DNA from: Mobula hypostoma
Lineage: Eukaryota
NCBI RefSeq assembly: GCF_963921235.1
Contig: NC_086104.1
Coordinates: 115,072,001-115,136,000 of the forward strand
Direction of reading: 5' to 3'
Length of the DNA stretch: 64,000 bases
Shown here one piece after another: positions 1 through 11,850 of this stretch. Made by a program: the position numbers and the translations under genes. The number at the start of each line of letters is the position of its first letter. Within the stretch, counting starts at the first letter, position 1. A model generated the notes under the pieces. The model saw only the letters and a list, made by a program, of their open reading frames with translations. It ran no database searches and was not told the origin of the DNA.

Positions 1-181
1 AGTGGTTGAGGCAGGTTCGATGTTGTCATTTAAAGTTAAATTGGATAGATATATGGACAGGAAAGGAATGGAGGGTTATGGACCGAGTGCAGGTCGGTGG
101 GACTAGGTGAGAGTAGGAGTTCGGCACGGACTAGAAGGGCCGAGATGGCCTGTTTCCGTGCTATAACTGTTATATGGTTAT
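1..181 (+). mobile_element. CR1-type LINE 3' end fragment
   Basis: Matches the reverse complement of the CR1 3' end at ~38190-38330 (cggcacggactagaagggccgagatggcctgtttc...tatatggtt). Confidence 0.75.
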
Positions 182-409
182 GTTAACCAGCCTATCCTCT
201 GAGTTCTTCACAGAAAACGTTTCCTGTCCTTGCTCAGTCTGTCACTGTATATAACTCTTAATCCACAGTGAGTCCCAACTGCCTCATCAGTCCAGGGATC
301 ATTAACAATGAACAACAAACATGGTGCAGACAATAACGTCTACTTGCCCTCAGCAAACTCTGCTCCCAATGATTCCCCGTGGAACTCAGAGATAAACTTG
401 CTTCGTTTA

Positions 410-940
410 CAGAGTAACACACCCAAAATACAGGAGGAACTCAGCGGGTCGGGCAGCATCTGTGGAAAGGAATAAACAGTCGACTTCAGGCTGAGACCCT
501 TCATCAGGACTGGAGAGGAATGGGGAAGATGCCAGAATAGGAAGGTGGTGGGTGGGGAAGGTCTGCAAGCTGACAGGTGATAGTTGAGACCAGGTATGTG
601 GGTGGGGCAGGTGGGATGAAGAGAGAAGCTGGGAGGTGATAGGTGAGACCAGGTGAGGGGTGAGGTATGTGGGATGAAGAGAGGCCTGAAGAAGAAGGAA
701 TCTGATAGGAGAGCACGGGAGAAGAGGAACCAAAGGGCAGGAGAAGGGTGAGAGAGGAGCCAGAATGGGGAATGGAAAAAGAGAAGGTGGAGGGGGAGAA
801 AAATTACCAGAAATCGATTTTCATGCCATCAGGCTAGAGGTAACCCAGGTGGGATATGAGGTGTTGCTCCTCCAACCTGAGTTTGGCCTTATTTTGGTAG
901 TAGTGGAAGCCCTGGACAGACATGGAAACGGGAAGTTGAA
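410..940 (-). mobile_element. Penelope-like element 3' fragment (ORF C-terminus plus pseudo-LTR with degenerate hammerhead)
   Basis: The minus strand reads like ...LEEQHLISHLG...PDGMKIDF, similar to Penelope copies at 60160-60300 and 63560-63715. A degenerate CTGATGA..GAA-GTC motif lies at 479-511. Confidence 0.7.
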
Positions 941-975
941 CTCTGTGATAATTTTGCCTCTATCTCTGCTCTTAG

Positions 976-1051
976 ACCAGCAGAATGTGCATCAAGGCCG
1001 GCCTCAAAGGAGGCATCTAGACCGGTGACATGGAGAAAAAGACAGATGCAA
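976..1051 (+). CDS. Penultimate (cytoplasmic) exon of an upstream Siglec-like paralogue
   Basis: Boundaries are ctctgctcttag|acc and caa|gtgagt. The exon is 76 nt and reads (R)PAECASRPASKEASRPVTWRKRQMQ. Length, phase and acceptor context are the same as exon 29523-29598. Confidence 0.75.
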
Positions 1052-1807
1052 GTGAGTATTGCATCACACACACCTGAAACAGTCTAGGTCACATCCGCCC
1101 CTTAATCATTGGTCAAACAAATGCCCGGATTAAAATGTAAGCAAGTCAGGCAATGGACTCTCACCTGGATAGAGCTGAGAGATCACATAATGAGGCATCA
1201 CCATCACACCCAGCACAGACTGGGATCAACAGGCCAGACAGCGGTATGACACTCGCTCAGCAAAACCTTGCCACAGAGCAGGGACCACTCTGTACTGCCC
1301 TGAGAGTGGTACTTGTTTTTCCAGTGCTTGTTCTGTGGTGGGTCTTGAATGCAGACCCCTCTCTGAGAGCCGGGAGTGTGGTCCCCAGTGAGTTCAGCTG
1401 TCATCCGCATTCCAGTATCCCATAATTTAACCCAACCTGATTAATAATGAGTGCCATCAATTTTTGGGGATTAAAGATTGAAGATTAGCTTTACTTGTCA
1501 CAGGTCCATCAAAACACATGGTGTCATTATTTTTGTCAACAGCCAACACAGTCCGAGAATGTATAAGTGTCGCTATGCTTCTGACACCACACAATTTACT
1601 AATCTGAACCCTGACTCAGATATCTCTGAAATGTGGGCAGGAAAGGAAGCCCATGCAGGCACTGGGAGAACACATAAATCTTTACAGACAATGACAGGAA
1701 TAAACTCGGGTCATTGGTTCTGTAAAACATTGTATGAACCATTAAGGAATGTTTTCTTAACCCAGACAAACCAAATGTCACTCTGTTCATTTCCATCCCC
1801 GTCACAG

Positions 1808-1918
1808 GAGGAAGTTCCAAAGTGTCCGGAAACCACACTGAAAGTGAATGAATATCAAGATATTGACATTTATGCAAACTGCCAGCCCGCTGAAAGTTCC
1901 ATATATGGAAATATATAA
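1808..1918 (+). CDS. Terminal exon of upstream Siglec-like paralogue with tyrosine motifs
   Basis: gtcacag|GAG phase-0 acceptor; reads EEVPKCPETTLKVNEYQDIDIYANCQPAESSIYGNI*. Homologous to 30223-30330. SxYxxI fits the ITIM consensus. Confidence 0.78.
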   Translation, partial: EEVPKCPETTLKVNEYQDIDIYANCQPAESSIYGNI

Positions 1919-2734
1919 TCCAATCGGGAATGGGTAATAGACGCACTGGGAAGAGCGCAAGGAAGGAGTTCTTGGAATTCCAATTTACCTTCCAAAGAGC
2001 AACAGGAATTCACACTCCCCCAATCAATTCGAAAGTACTTGACGTAGACTCAAGCCAATCCCAAAATATCATCTAATGCAGTGCCTTACTTTTGGAAGAA
2101 ATCTCCTCACCTCCCCAGTCATTAGAGCATAGAACAGCACTCATAGACCTCCACTTTTCTTACATTCATCATCCATTATTGTCCACAGGTATCACTAGGT
2201 GTCCATAGGTTAAACACCAACATCCATTCCCTTGTGTGTGAGGGATTTCAACTTTCAATTTGTAACCCATGTTGCAGTCTATGAACATTGAGAGATTGAT
2301 CATTACTGAGTACAGACATTGGGAGAAAGAGGCAAGTTTGTGTAGGGGAGATAAAGATAATTTGCTAGCTGGGATAATTTTCTATGTAAAACGCTTTGTT
2401 TATTCAGCCTGATTACAGTGGATTCAACCCGTATCTCAAGTTCAGCACTCCTGGGGAGCCCAATGTTGTATTTTCTGCAGCAATGTGGCTCCCAATGTCC
2501 TGCTGCATGAGGAAGGTCTCTGAGTGAGATGAGGCAATGGTTGGGAAATAAGAAACTCACCCACACGCTGCATGGATGACCTTCTGACAGCTGAAAGGTC
2601 TTTTCATTGTCTCCAGTGTTTCTGATCAACCGAACTCCAGAAAATCATTGCAATAAAGAAAAGATATAAACATGTCTACAATAAACCCTCTTCAGACCGG
2701 ATTCAATCTAAATAAATAAATAAAGTACAACAAT

Positions 2735-3015
2735 ATTGTTTATTTGTTACATGGACAGTGCATTGAGACATTAAATACATTGTTTGCATCAATGACCAAC
2801 ACAGCCCAAGGGCAGCCTGCAAGTATCACCACACTTCCAGTGCCAATATAGCATGCCCACAACACGCCAATGCTAATCCATATGTCTCTGGATGTGGGTG
2901 GAAACTGGAGGAAACCCATGGGGTCACAGGGAAACTCACAGACTCCTTATAGACAGCAGTGGGAGTTGACCCCCGACCTTCCAGCTGGTGCCGTAAAGCA
3001 TTACGCTAACCACTC
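2735..3015 (-). mobile_element. tRNA-derived SINE (V-SINE/HE1-like)
   Basis: The minus strand has an A-box-like tggttagcg and a B-box-like ggggtcaactccc, followed by a V-domain-like ...ccctgtgaccccatgggtttcc. It is related to 4070-4295. Confidence 0.6.
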
Positions 3016-3387
3016 TGATATTTCCCTTTTCGGCTCAGACTATGGAGTCTCTGAAAGAGAAAACTTTGGGTCATTGTGATTATGTACATCTTGAGAGAAT
3101 GGAAAAGATTTGGGTCCATTGGGATTGTTGAAGATGTTAATGGGAGTTGCCAAGTCAGGGGCAGAGGGGAATGTCAGCTGTAACTAATCTGACCTCTGTA
3201 GGGTTTTACAGCAGCACTTCCTGATGGTGCCAACATACACATTTCAGCTTGATCAGAAATTCACTTTGGAACAGCCAGAAGTTTCATTAACAGGGGGCTG
3301 GGAAGCTGGGAGACACATAGGCCAGGTCTTGTAGCAGCCCTTCAGGGATAGTTGAGAGTCAACTGATTCGTGGAGCAGCAAATATTG

Positions 3388-3660
3388 AGCACAAAATGCT
3401 GGAGGGATCCAGAAGGTCAGTATCTATGGAGGGGAATAAACAGTTCACCTTTGAGCCAAGACCCTTCATCAGGACAGGAGAGGAAGAGAACAGAAACCAG
3501 AATAAGAAGGTGGGGGAGGGGAAGAAGTTCAAACTGGCAGGTGATAAGTGAGATCAAATGAGAGAGAAGTTCCCCTCCTCCGATACTCGCCTCTCCTATT
3601 AGATTTCTTCTTCTTCAGCCCTCTATGTCTTCCCTCCAACCTCTCTCTTCATCCACCCAC
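3388..3660 (-). mobile_element. Degenerate Penelope pseudo-LTR fragment(s)
   Basis: acaaaatgctgga...agacccttcatcaggac resembles the pLTR/hammerhead segments at 420-511 and 62130-62260. Confidence 0.55.
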
Positions 3661-3826
3661 CTCTGGAATTGGAGTCACGAGGATCCAGTTAGAGATGCCG
3701 AGAAGACTGCAAACCCTTAACATTTGTCCTTTATCGCATCATTTTTCTGTCTGAATATACAGAGGCACATTGTCATGGTAGCAATTGCGGCCAAAGGGAG
3801 CTGTGAAAGTTGGGGGAAGGGCGTGA

Positions 3827-3872
3827 ATGGGGACTTTCTGGTGCGCTATTTTCTTCATCCTTATTTGGAACA
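3827..3872 (+). CDS. Siglec-like gene exon 1 (signal peptide)
   Basis: ATG GGG ACT TTC TGG TGC GCT ATT TTC TTC ATC CTT ATT TGG AAC A|gtaact gives MGTFWCAIFFILIWN, 46 nt, phase 1. It splices in frame to the phase-1 V exon to give ...IWNTAVSEEW. It is the only hydrophobic phase-1 leader I found between the upstream paralogue and the V exon. Confidence 0.62.
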
Positions 3873-4069
3873 GTAACTGTCCATTTGTTGAAAAGCTGTG
3901 AGAGTTTTTTTTGTCACAGGCCAGTTCTATCTGACCAGAAACAGATCACAGATGGTTAAAGATGATTATATACTGGGAGATTCAATCATTCTTGTCGGTC
4001 AAACTGTTGCCTGCATCTTTGGCTGTCAAAGATCTCCCATGGCACCACGCATTCGAAAAGATAAGAGAT

Positions 4070-4295
4070 TAGTGATTAGATTGATTTGTCACGTGTACAT
4101 CGAAACATCAAAACCAGCAGTGAAATGCATCTGAAGATTATGCTGGGGAGGATGGCTGCCCACAAATGTCACCGCACATCTGGCACCAACATAGCATGCC
4201 TGCAACTTACTCGTTCCAACCCGTATGTCTTCGCAATGTAGGAGGAAATGAGAGCACACAGGAAACCCACGCAGTCACGGGGAGAAAGTACACAC
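4070..4295 (-). mobile_element. V-SINE/HE1-like SINE fragment
   Basis: The minus strand contains ttctccccgtgactgcgtgggtttcc, the characteristic V-SINE core. Confidence 0.6.
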
Positions 4296-4609
4296 AGTCA
4301 GGTTTATAATGGAGTTACATTCTGTGCTGCCTTACAATGCAGTGGACAAAGACCCTTCTAAACTCAGAAGAGTTTCTCCTAGGACAGACTTTCTGCTTTG
4401 TCCTCAACCCACCTGCTGTTTACCTAACTGAGTCATTTATGGACTATTGTTCATTCATTGTTTATGGACTAACTTTGCATCATCATTTACTAAGGAATTG
4501 TCATCAGGATGTAAATTTCAAATGAAGGTTTGTGGTCTCAGCAAAGGTTTAGGCCATTGAATGGAATTGGAGGGATAGGCAGTGGCACAGGAGGCAAAGG
4601 AAATGGTTT

Positions 4610-5384
4610 AGGGGCCAGAGAGGGGTTTACAGAGATAGGGAGGGGTGTATGAAGCAGCAGGGGGTTACAGAGATAGGGTAGGGTGTAGAGGCCAGTGGGT
4701 GTTACAGAGAAGGGAATGGTGTAGGAGGCAGAGACAGTTACAGAGAGGGAGAGGTGTAGGAGGCAGAGGGGGTAACAGGGATAGGAAGTGGTGTAGATAC
4801 CAGAGGGGGTTGCAGAGAGGGAGGGTGTTGGAGACAGAGATAGGGATGGGTGTAGAGACCAGAGGGGTTTACAGAGAAGGAAATGGTGTAGGGCTGGGTA
4901 GGTTACATAGGTAGGGAGGGATGTAGGAGGCAGAGGAGCTTACAGAGCTAGATAGGCGTGAGATACTAGAGGTGGTTAGAGAGAGAGGGAAGGGTGTAGG
5001 AGGCAGAGCGGTATTACAGAGTTAAGGAGAGATTTAGGACGCAGTGGGGATTACAGAGACAGGAAGATGTGTAGGGAACAGAGAGGGTTACATAGATAGG
5101 GAGAGGTGTAGGGGAGTCAGAGGGGGTTATAGAGATAGGGAGAGGTTTGTGAGACAGAAGGAGTTACAGAGACAGAGAGGGGTGTAGATACCAGAGGGGA
5201 TTACAGAAGTATTGGGGTGTGCAGGCCAGCGGGGCTTACAGAGAAGGGAATGGTGTAGGGGCTGAGGGGGTTACAGAGATAGGGAGAGTTGTAGGAGGCA
5301 GAGAGGGTTACAGAGATAGGGAGGGGTGTAGATTCTAGAGAGAGTTACATAATTAGAGAGAGGTTTGGAAGGCACAGAGGGTTA
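4610..5384. repeat. Degenerate G/A-rich minisatellite, ~35-38 bp unit
   Basis: Recurrent ggggttacagagatagggaggggtgtaggaggcaga; ttacag recurs at 4627, 4665, 4702 and 4738. Confidence 0.8.
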
Positions 5385-8300
5385 CAGTGTTGTGGAAAGT
5401 ACATGTGAGAGTGTGCATGTACACAATACGTGTGAGAGTGTGCATGCAGACAGTATGTGTGACAGTGTGCTTGCGGACAGTACGTGTCAGAGTGTGCAAG
5501 TGGACTCTACGTGTGACGGTGCATTTGGACAGTATGTCTGACAGTGTGCTTGTGAACAGTACGTGTGACAGTGTGCTTGTGGACAGTATGTGTCAGAGTG
5601 TGCAAGTGGACTCAACGTGTGACAGGGTGCATGTGGACAGTAGGTCTGACAGTGTGCTTGTGGACAGTACGTGTGAGAGTGTGCATGTGGACAGTACGTG
5701 TGACGGTGTGCTTGTGGACAGTACGTGTGAGAGTGTGCATGTGGACAGTACGTGTGACGGTGCATTTGGACAGTATGTCTGACAGTGTGCATGTGGACAG
5801 TACGTGTGAGAGTGTGCATGTGGACAGTACGTGTGACGGTGCATTTGGACAGTATGTCTGACAGTGTGCATGCAGACAGTATGTGTGAGAATGTGCATGT
5901 GGACAGTAGGTCTGACAGTGTGCATGTGGACAGTACGTGTGACAGTGTGCATGTGCACAGTACGTGTGACAGCGTGCATGTGGACAGTACGTGTGACAAT
6001 GTGCATGTGGACAGTACGTGTGACACTGCACGTGGACAGTACGTCTGAGAATGTGCATGTGAACAGTACGTGTGACAGCGTGCATGTGGACAGTATGTGT
6101 GACAGTGTGCATGTGGACAGTAGGTTTGACAGTGTGCTTATGAACAGTACGTGTGACAGTGGGAATGTGGACAGTACGTATAACAGTGTGCATGTGGACA
6201 GTATGTCTGAAAGTGTGCTTGTAGACAGTACGTGTGACAGTGTGCATGCGGACAGTACATGTGACAGTGTACATGCGGACAGTACATATGAGAGTGTGCC
6301 TGTGGACAGTATGTGTGACAGTGTGCATGTGGACAGTCGGTTTGCACTGTGCTTGTGGACAGTATGTGTGAGAGTGTACAAGTGGACAATACGTGTGAGA
6401 GTGTGCATGTGGACAGTACATATAATAGTGTGCATGTGGACAGTACGTGTGACAGTATGCATGCGGACAGTACGTGTGACAGTGTACATGTGGACAGTAG
6501 GTTTGACAGTGTGCTTATGAACAGTACGTGTGACAGTGGGAATGTGGACAGTATGTATAACAGTGTGCATGTGGACAGTATGTCTGAAAGTGTGCTTGTA
6601 GACAGTACGTGTGACAGTGTGCATGCGGACAGTACGTGTGACAGTGTACATGCGGACAGTACGTGTGACAGTATGCATGCGGACAGTACGTGTGACAGTG
6701 TACATGTGGACAGTAGGTTTGACAGTGTGCTTATGAACAGTACGTGTGACAGTGGGAATGTGGACAGTATGTATAACAGTGTGCATGTGGACAGTATGTC
6801 TGAAAGTGTGCTTGTAGACAGTACGTGTGACAGTGTGCATGCGGACAGTACGTGTGACAGTATGCATGCGGACAGTACGTGTGACAGTGTACATGCGGAC
6901 AGTACATATGAGAGTGTGCCTGTGGACAGTATGTGTGACAGTGTGCATGTGGACAGTCGGTTTGCACTGTGCTTGTGGACAGTACGTGTGAGAGTGTACA
7001 AGTGGAAAGCACATGTAACACTGCATGTGGACAGTATATGTGAAATTGTGCATGTGGACAGCACATGTGAGAGTGTGCCTGTGGACAATACGTGTGAGAA
7101 TGTGCAAGTGGACACCACGTGTGACAGTGTACATGCGGACAGTACGTGTGAGAATGTGCATGAGGACACTACGTGTGACAGCGTGCATGTGGACAGTATG
7201 TGTGACAGTGTGCCTGTAGATATTAGGTGTGAGAGTGTGCAAATGGACACTGCGTATGACAGTGTGATGTGGACAGTACATGTGACAATGCACGTGGACA
7301 GTATGCCTGAGAGTGTGCATGTGGACAGTACATATAATAGTGTGCATGTGGGCAATAAGTGTGACAGTGTACATGTGGACAGTACGTGTGACAGTGTGCA
7401 TGTGGACAGTATGTGTGAGAGTGTACAAGTGGACAATACGTGTGACAGTGTGCATGTGGACAGTATGTGTGAGAGTGTACAAGTGGACAATACGTGTGAG
7501 AGTGTGCATGTGGACAGTACATATAATAGTGTGCATGTGGACAGTACGTGTGACACTGTGCTTATGGGCAGTACGTGTGAGAGTGTTCAAGTGGACAGTA
7601 GATGTAACACTGTGCTTATGGACAGTACGTGTGAGAGTGTGCATGTGCACAGTACGTGTGACAGCGTGCATGTGGACAGTACGTGTGACAGTGTGCATGT
7701 GGACAGTACGTGTGACACTGCACGTGGACAGTACGTCTGAGAATGTGCATGTGAACAGTACGTGTGACAGCGTGCATGTGGACAGTATGTGTGACAGTGT
7801 GCATGTGGACAGTAGGTTTGACAGTGTGCTTATGAACAGTACGTGTGACAGTGGGAATGTGGACAGTACGTATAACAGTGTGCATGTGGACAGTATGTCT
7901 GAAAGTGTGCTTGTAGACAGTACGTGTGACAGTGTGCATGCGGACAGTACATGTGACAGTATGCATGCGGACAGTACGTGTGACAGTGTACATGCGGACA
8001 GTACATATGAGAGTGTGCCTGTGGACAGTATGTGTGACAGTGTGCATGTGGACAGTCGGTTTGCACTGTGCTTGTGGACAGTATGTGTGAGAGTGTACAA
8101 GTGGACAATACGTGTGAGAGTGTGCATGTGGACAGTACATATAATAGTGTGCATGTGGACAGTACGTGTGACAGTGTGCATGTGGACAGTACGTGTGACA
8201 CTGCACGTGGACATTATGTCTGAGAGTGTGCATGTGAACAGTACATATAATAGTGTGCATGTGGACAGTATGTGTGACAGTGTGCCTGTGGGCAGTATGT

Positions 8301-8396
8301 GTGAGAGTGGGCAAGTGGACACTAGATGTGACACTGTGCATGTCTGAGAGTATGCATGTGGACAGTATGATAACTGTGTGCATGTAGATAATACGT
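5385..8396. repeat. 27-bp minisatellite, left arm (~110 units)
   Basis: Consensus gtgcatgtggacagtacgtgtgacagt; 9-residue periodicity in all long ORFs. Confidence 0.97.
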
Positions 8397-9752
8397 TGTT
8401 ACGTACCACGTAACTGGGTTGCCAAACCAGCAGAAATAGATCACTCAGTTGGATTCTGGATTACTAGAACTAAGAAAGTTTTATTAAAGAAACAAGCAAC
8501 ACAGTAATCGAAAGGATAATAAATGCAACAGTTCAGCAATGATAAACACACATGTGCACAGAATTAAGATAACAGCATCAATCAAGCTTTATCGTTGTCT
8601 AGGGGTAAATGACCAAATTTCAAAGTGACACAAATTTCAGTCCAATTTAGTAGTTCAGTTCGCAGTAATCGTTGCCATGGTGATGGACAAAGTTGGGGGA
8701 GAGAGAGAGAACGGGAACGACTGATCATTCAGACACAGCTTCACTCACAGACCGGCGATATTTGCTCACAAGCAGTTTTTGGGCAGGTCCTTGGTGATGT
8801 CACCTGAGGTCACCGACTGTGACCCCTCCTCCAGATGCGGTCGATCCTCTGCAGTGAACCCGGCACCCAGGCAAGGGCGGACACACACCGGGTTCCCGCT
8901 GTTACGTACCCCGTAACTGGGTTGCCAAACCAGCAGAAATGGATCACTCAGTTGGAGTCTGGAGTACTAGAACTAAGAAAGTTTTATTAAAGAAACAAGC
9001 AACACAGTAATCGAAAGGATAATAAATGCAACAGTTCAGCGATGATAAACACACATGTGCACAGAATTAAGATAACAGCATCAATCAAGCTCTATCGTTG
9101 TCTAGGGGTAAATGACCAAATTTCAAAATGACTCAAAGATCAGTCCAGTTCAGTTCGCAGTAATCGTTGCCATGGCGATGGACAACGTGGGGGAAGAGAG
9201 AGATAGAACAGGAACAACTGATCATTCAGACACAGCTTCACTCACAGACCGGCGAGATGGCTCACAAGCAACTTTTGGGCGGGTCCTTGGTGATGTCACC
9301 TGAGGTCACCGACTGTGACCCCTCCTCCAGATGTGGTCGATCCTCTGCAGCGAACCCGGCACCCAGGCAAGGGCGGACACACACCGGTTTCCCGCTGATC
9401 GTACCTTTCCACCCTGGTCGTTGTCTGATACTTCTCACCCACTCGTGAGAGGCACACCGCTTCCAGGGTCTCGTTACCTCGGGTGGCGTGTGTCCCTGTC
9501 TTAGCGAACCTGTCCCTTTTTATCCCCCTGCTGGGGTATCGCCTGTCCATCACTTCAAACAGTTCAGGGTTCAAAGGGGGAGCCGCTCCAGACAGCTCTC
9601 TCTCCCACGTCCCTTCATTACACATCTCCAGACGCTGCTCCATTATTCCTTATCTCTCCTTCCCCTGAGGGCAGGTGGCAGACCAACTGCTGATGTCACT
9701 GATGCTAACCCAGGCCAGCAAACATCTTAATTTTATGTGTATTCTCGTAAAA
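8397..9752 (-). mobile_element. 3' LTR of a Gmr1-like LTR retrotransposon (8900-9752) with a 503-bp partial tandem duplicate (8397-8899)
   Basis: Both copies start tgttacgtacc (8397, 8900). The LTR ends cgtaaaa at 9752 (degenerate inverted terminus). An adjacent polypurine tract aaaggggggaag lies on the minus strand at 9753-9764. Confidence 0.8.
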
Positions 9753-11850
9753 CTTCCCCCCTTTAAGGATTTTTACCGGGAGGTAAAAATTACAAACATG
9801 AATACATTATTTGATACATACACAATATACATCTTTATCAGCTATTTGGCTAACACAGCGAGTTTGAAGCTGTCAACACCTTGACAGACAGTCATCACCT
9901 TGACAGACAGTCATCACCTTTTCTGTTCCTTTTACACGTGTTATTAATAATCCCTTAGACCAGGCTCCAACTCAGCAAACTTCATAGTGGCCAAAAACAC
10001 TGATGAATTGCGACCAATGTAACCTCTCATTTGGTTTTGTCCCGGACCACAATAACAAGGGTCGTCCCATTCCGACTCAGTTTTCTCTCGCAAGGGCTTA
10101 GTAGGAGGGGGACGGGTATTGACCGCAGAGTTATTGCAAAACTTCCTGCAGTACCCCACCATCTCCAAGAGCCCTCTGAGGGCCCTCTTGTCTGTCGGGG
10201 TTGGGAGGTCAGCGATAGCCTGCACTGTAGCTTGCATCGCTGCCAGCTGCCCCTGTGTCACCACAATTCCCAGGTAAGTGACCCCCGTGTGGCCGAATTC
10301 ATTTTTTTTCAAGGTTCACTATCAATCTGGCTTCAGACAGCCGTATTAAATTGCCAATACACACCTCTGTGTTCATCAGCCCTTTAGTCACTGAATTACT
10401 CATTATATATCGTGTTGTTTACTAGGCTGACCTATTGTAACAGACATCACCCAACGTCCCAGTTCTTTGCATTTCCTCGGGACAATCAAACACACGGGTG
10501 CGAGTCGTTTAATTACTCCTTCTAAAGATTCGCTTTGTTCGGGGATTAAGGGAGAGACCTTATCAGTAGACCTGACCAAAACAATAGCCTTCTCCCATCT
10601 GACCGATCCCATCCTAATCTTTTCAAAATGGTTTTTTCCTCTTATCAGGGGGCCCCTAGCTTCATTGATTTCCACGCTAACACCGACCAGGTTTGTTAGC
10701 ATATCAAAAGCCGGTGACCGTCTCAGTTCGCGTCGGTCATGATCAATAACATTTTTCCCCCTGGGCAGCCGGTAAATCTCTTTCATGATTCCACCAACTG
10801 TTTCCTCCAGCACCGCAAGATGTCCACCGGGGGGTACCTCGTGGGCCATGTTAAAAACCTCATCCCCATAACTCTTTTGCACCACCCCCCATTCCTCATC
10901 TGCGGGTACTGTACTTGATTTCCCTTTCTTCCTTAGCACTTCCTCATCCGCACAATAGCCTACTAGTTCCCTTGTCAAGGCTGTGTCAGAGAGAGCGGTC
11001 TCTGCAAAAACCATCAGCCCCTCGTCTCGCTCCTGCGTCTGCACAAATTATTTCCCGGCTACTGCTACGTCCGTCCCAGCTCCCTCACTACCACTTGTCT
11101 CACTACCCTCTTTCTTTCCATTTTCTACCCCCTTCTCGTACAAGGTTGGCAAAAACTGTTTCAGCTAAATTCACTATCGCGGGCGGGGCCTCAATGCTGG
11201 CAGGCTGACCTGTCAATCTCACGACTGGGAACACGATTCCCCCGGCGATGTCATTACCGAGCAAGACTTCCACGCCTTTCATCGGTAATTCGGGCCTCAC
11301 CCCGATCGTGACTAGTCCAGAGACCAGGTTGCTTTGTAAGTGTATCTGGTGCAAAGGGACTGACTCTGTCCCTTCCCCAACACCTTTGACCTCTACCTCC
11401 CCAGTCTGGGTCTCTGAGCTAAACTCTAATACACTCTTCAGTATTAGTGACTGACACGCTCCCGTGTCTCTCCAGATCCGCACTGGAACTGGTTTTAACC
11501 CCTCCTTCACTGACACCAGTCCGGCCGAGATAAACCTGGACTTTTTCAGACCTGTCCTTCCCTAGCGGTTCGCTTAACAGCTCGATACAGCCATTCAAAA
11601 TTTCCGCTTTTCCTTTCCCCGTCTCCTTCCTTGGGGCAAAGCACCTGGACGCAAAGTGTCCGGCTTTCCCACAATGATAACAGACGACCCCAGGAGACTT
11701 CCTACCAGACTGCTCCCGGTCTACCTTATCCTTTTCACTAGTCCCCGGCTTACTTTCTGACTTTTCCGGCGGACTCTCCCCGCCGTCCTGACTACCCTTC
11801 TGGTAGCCTTTACTCGGGGCAAACTTCATTTTATGCGTCAACGCATACTC
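9753..11850 (-). mobile_element. Internal region of a deleted Gmr1-like Ty3/Gypsy element (gag CCHC knuckle, protease, partial integrase, partial RT)
   Basis: Minus-strand motifs in order: CYHCGKAGHFASRC, IWRDTGACQS (aspartic protease), MAHEVPPGGHL (integrase HHCC part), EFGHTGVTYLGIVV (RT C-terminal part). Frameshifted and 5'-truncated. Confidence 0.8.

Noticed and set aside
1478-1807. 146-aa single-exon ORF
   Set aside because: Only the last 36 codons are homologous to the paralogue's terminal exon; the rest is intron.
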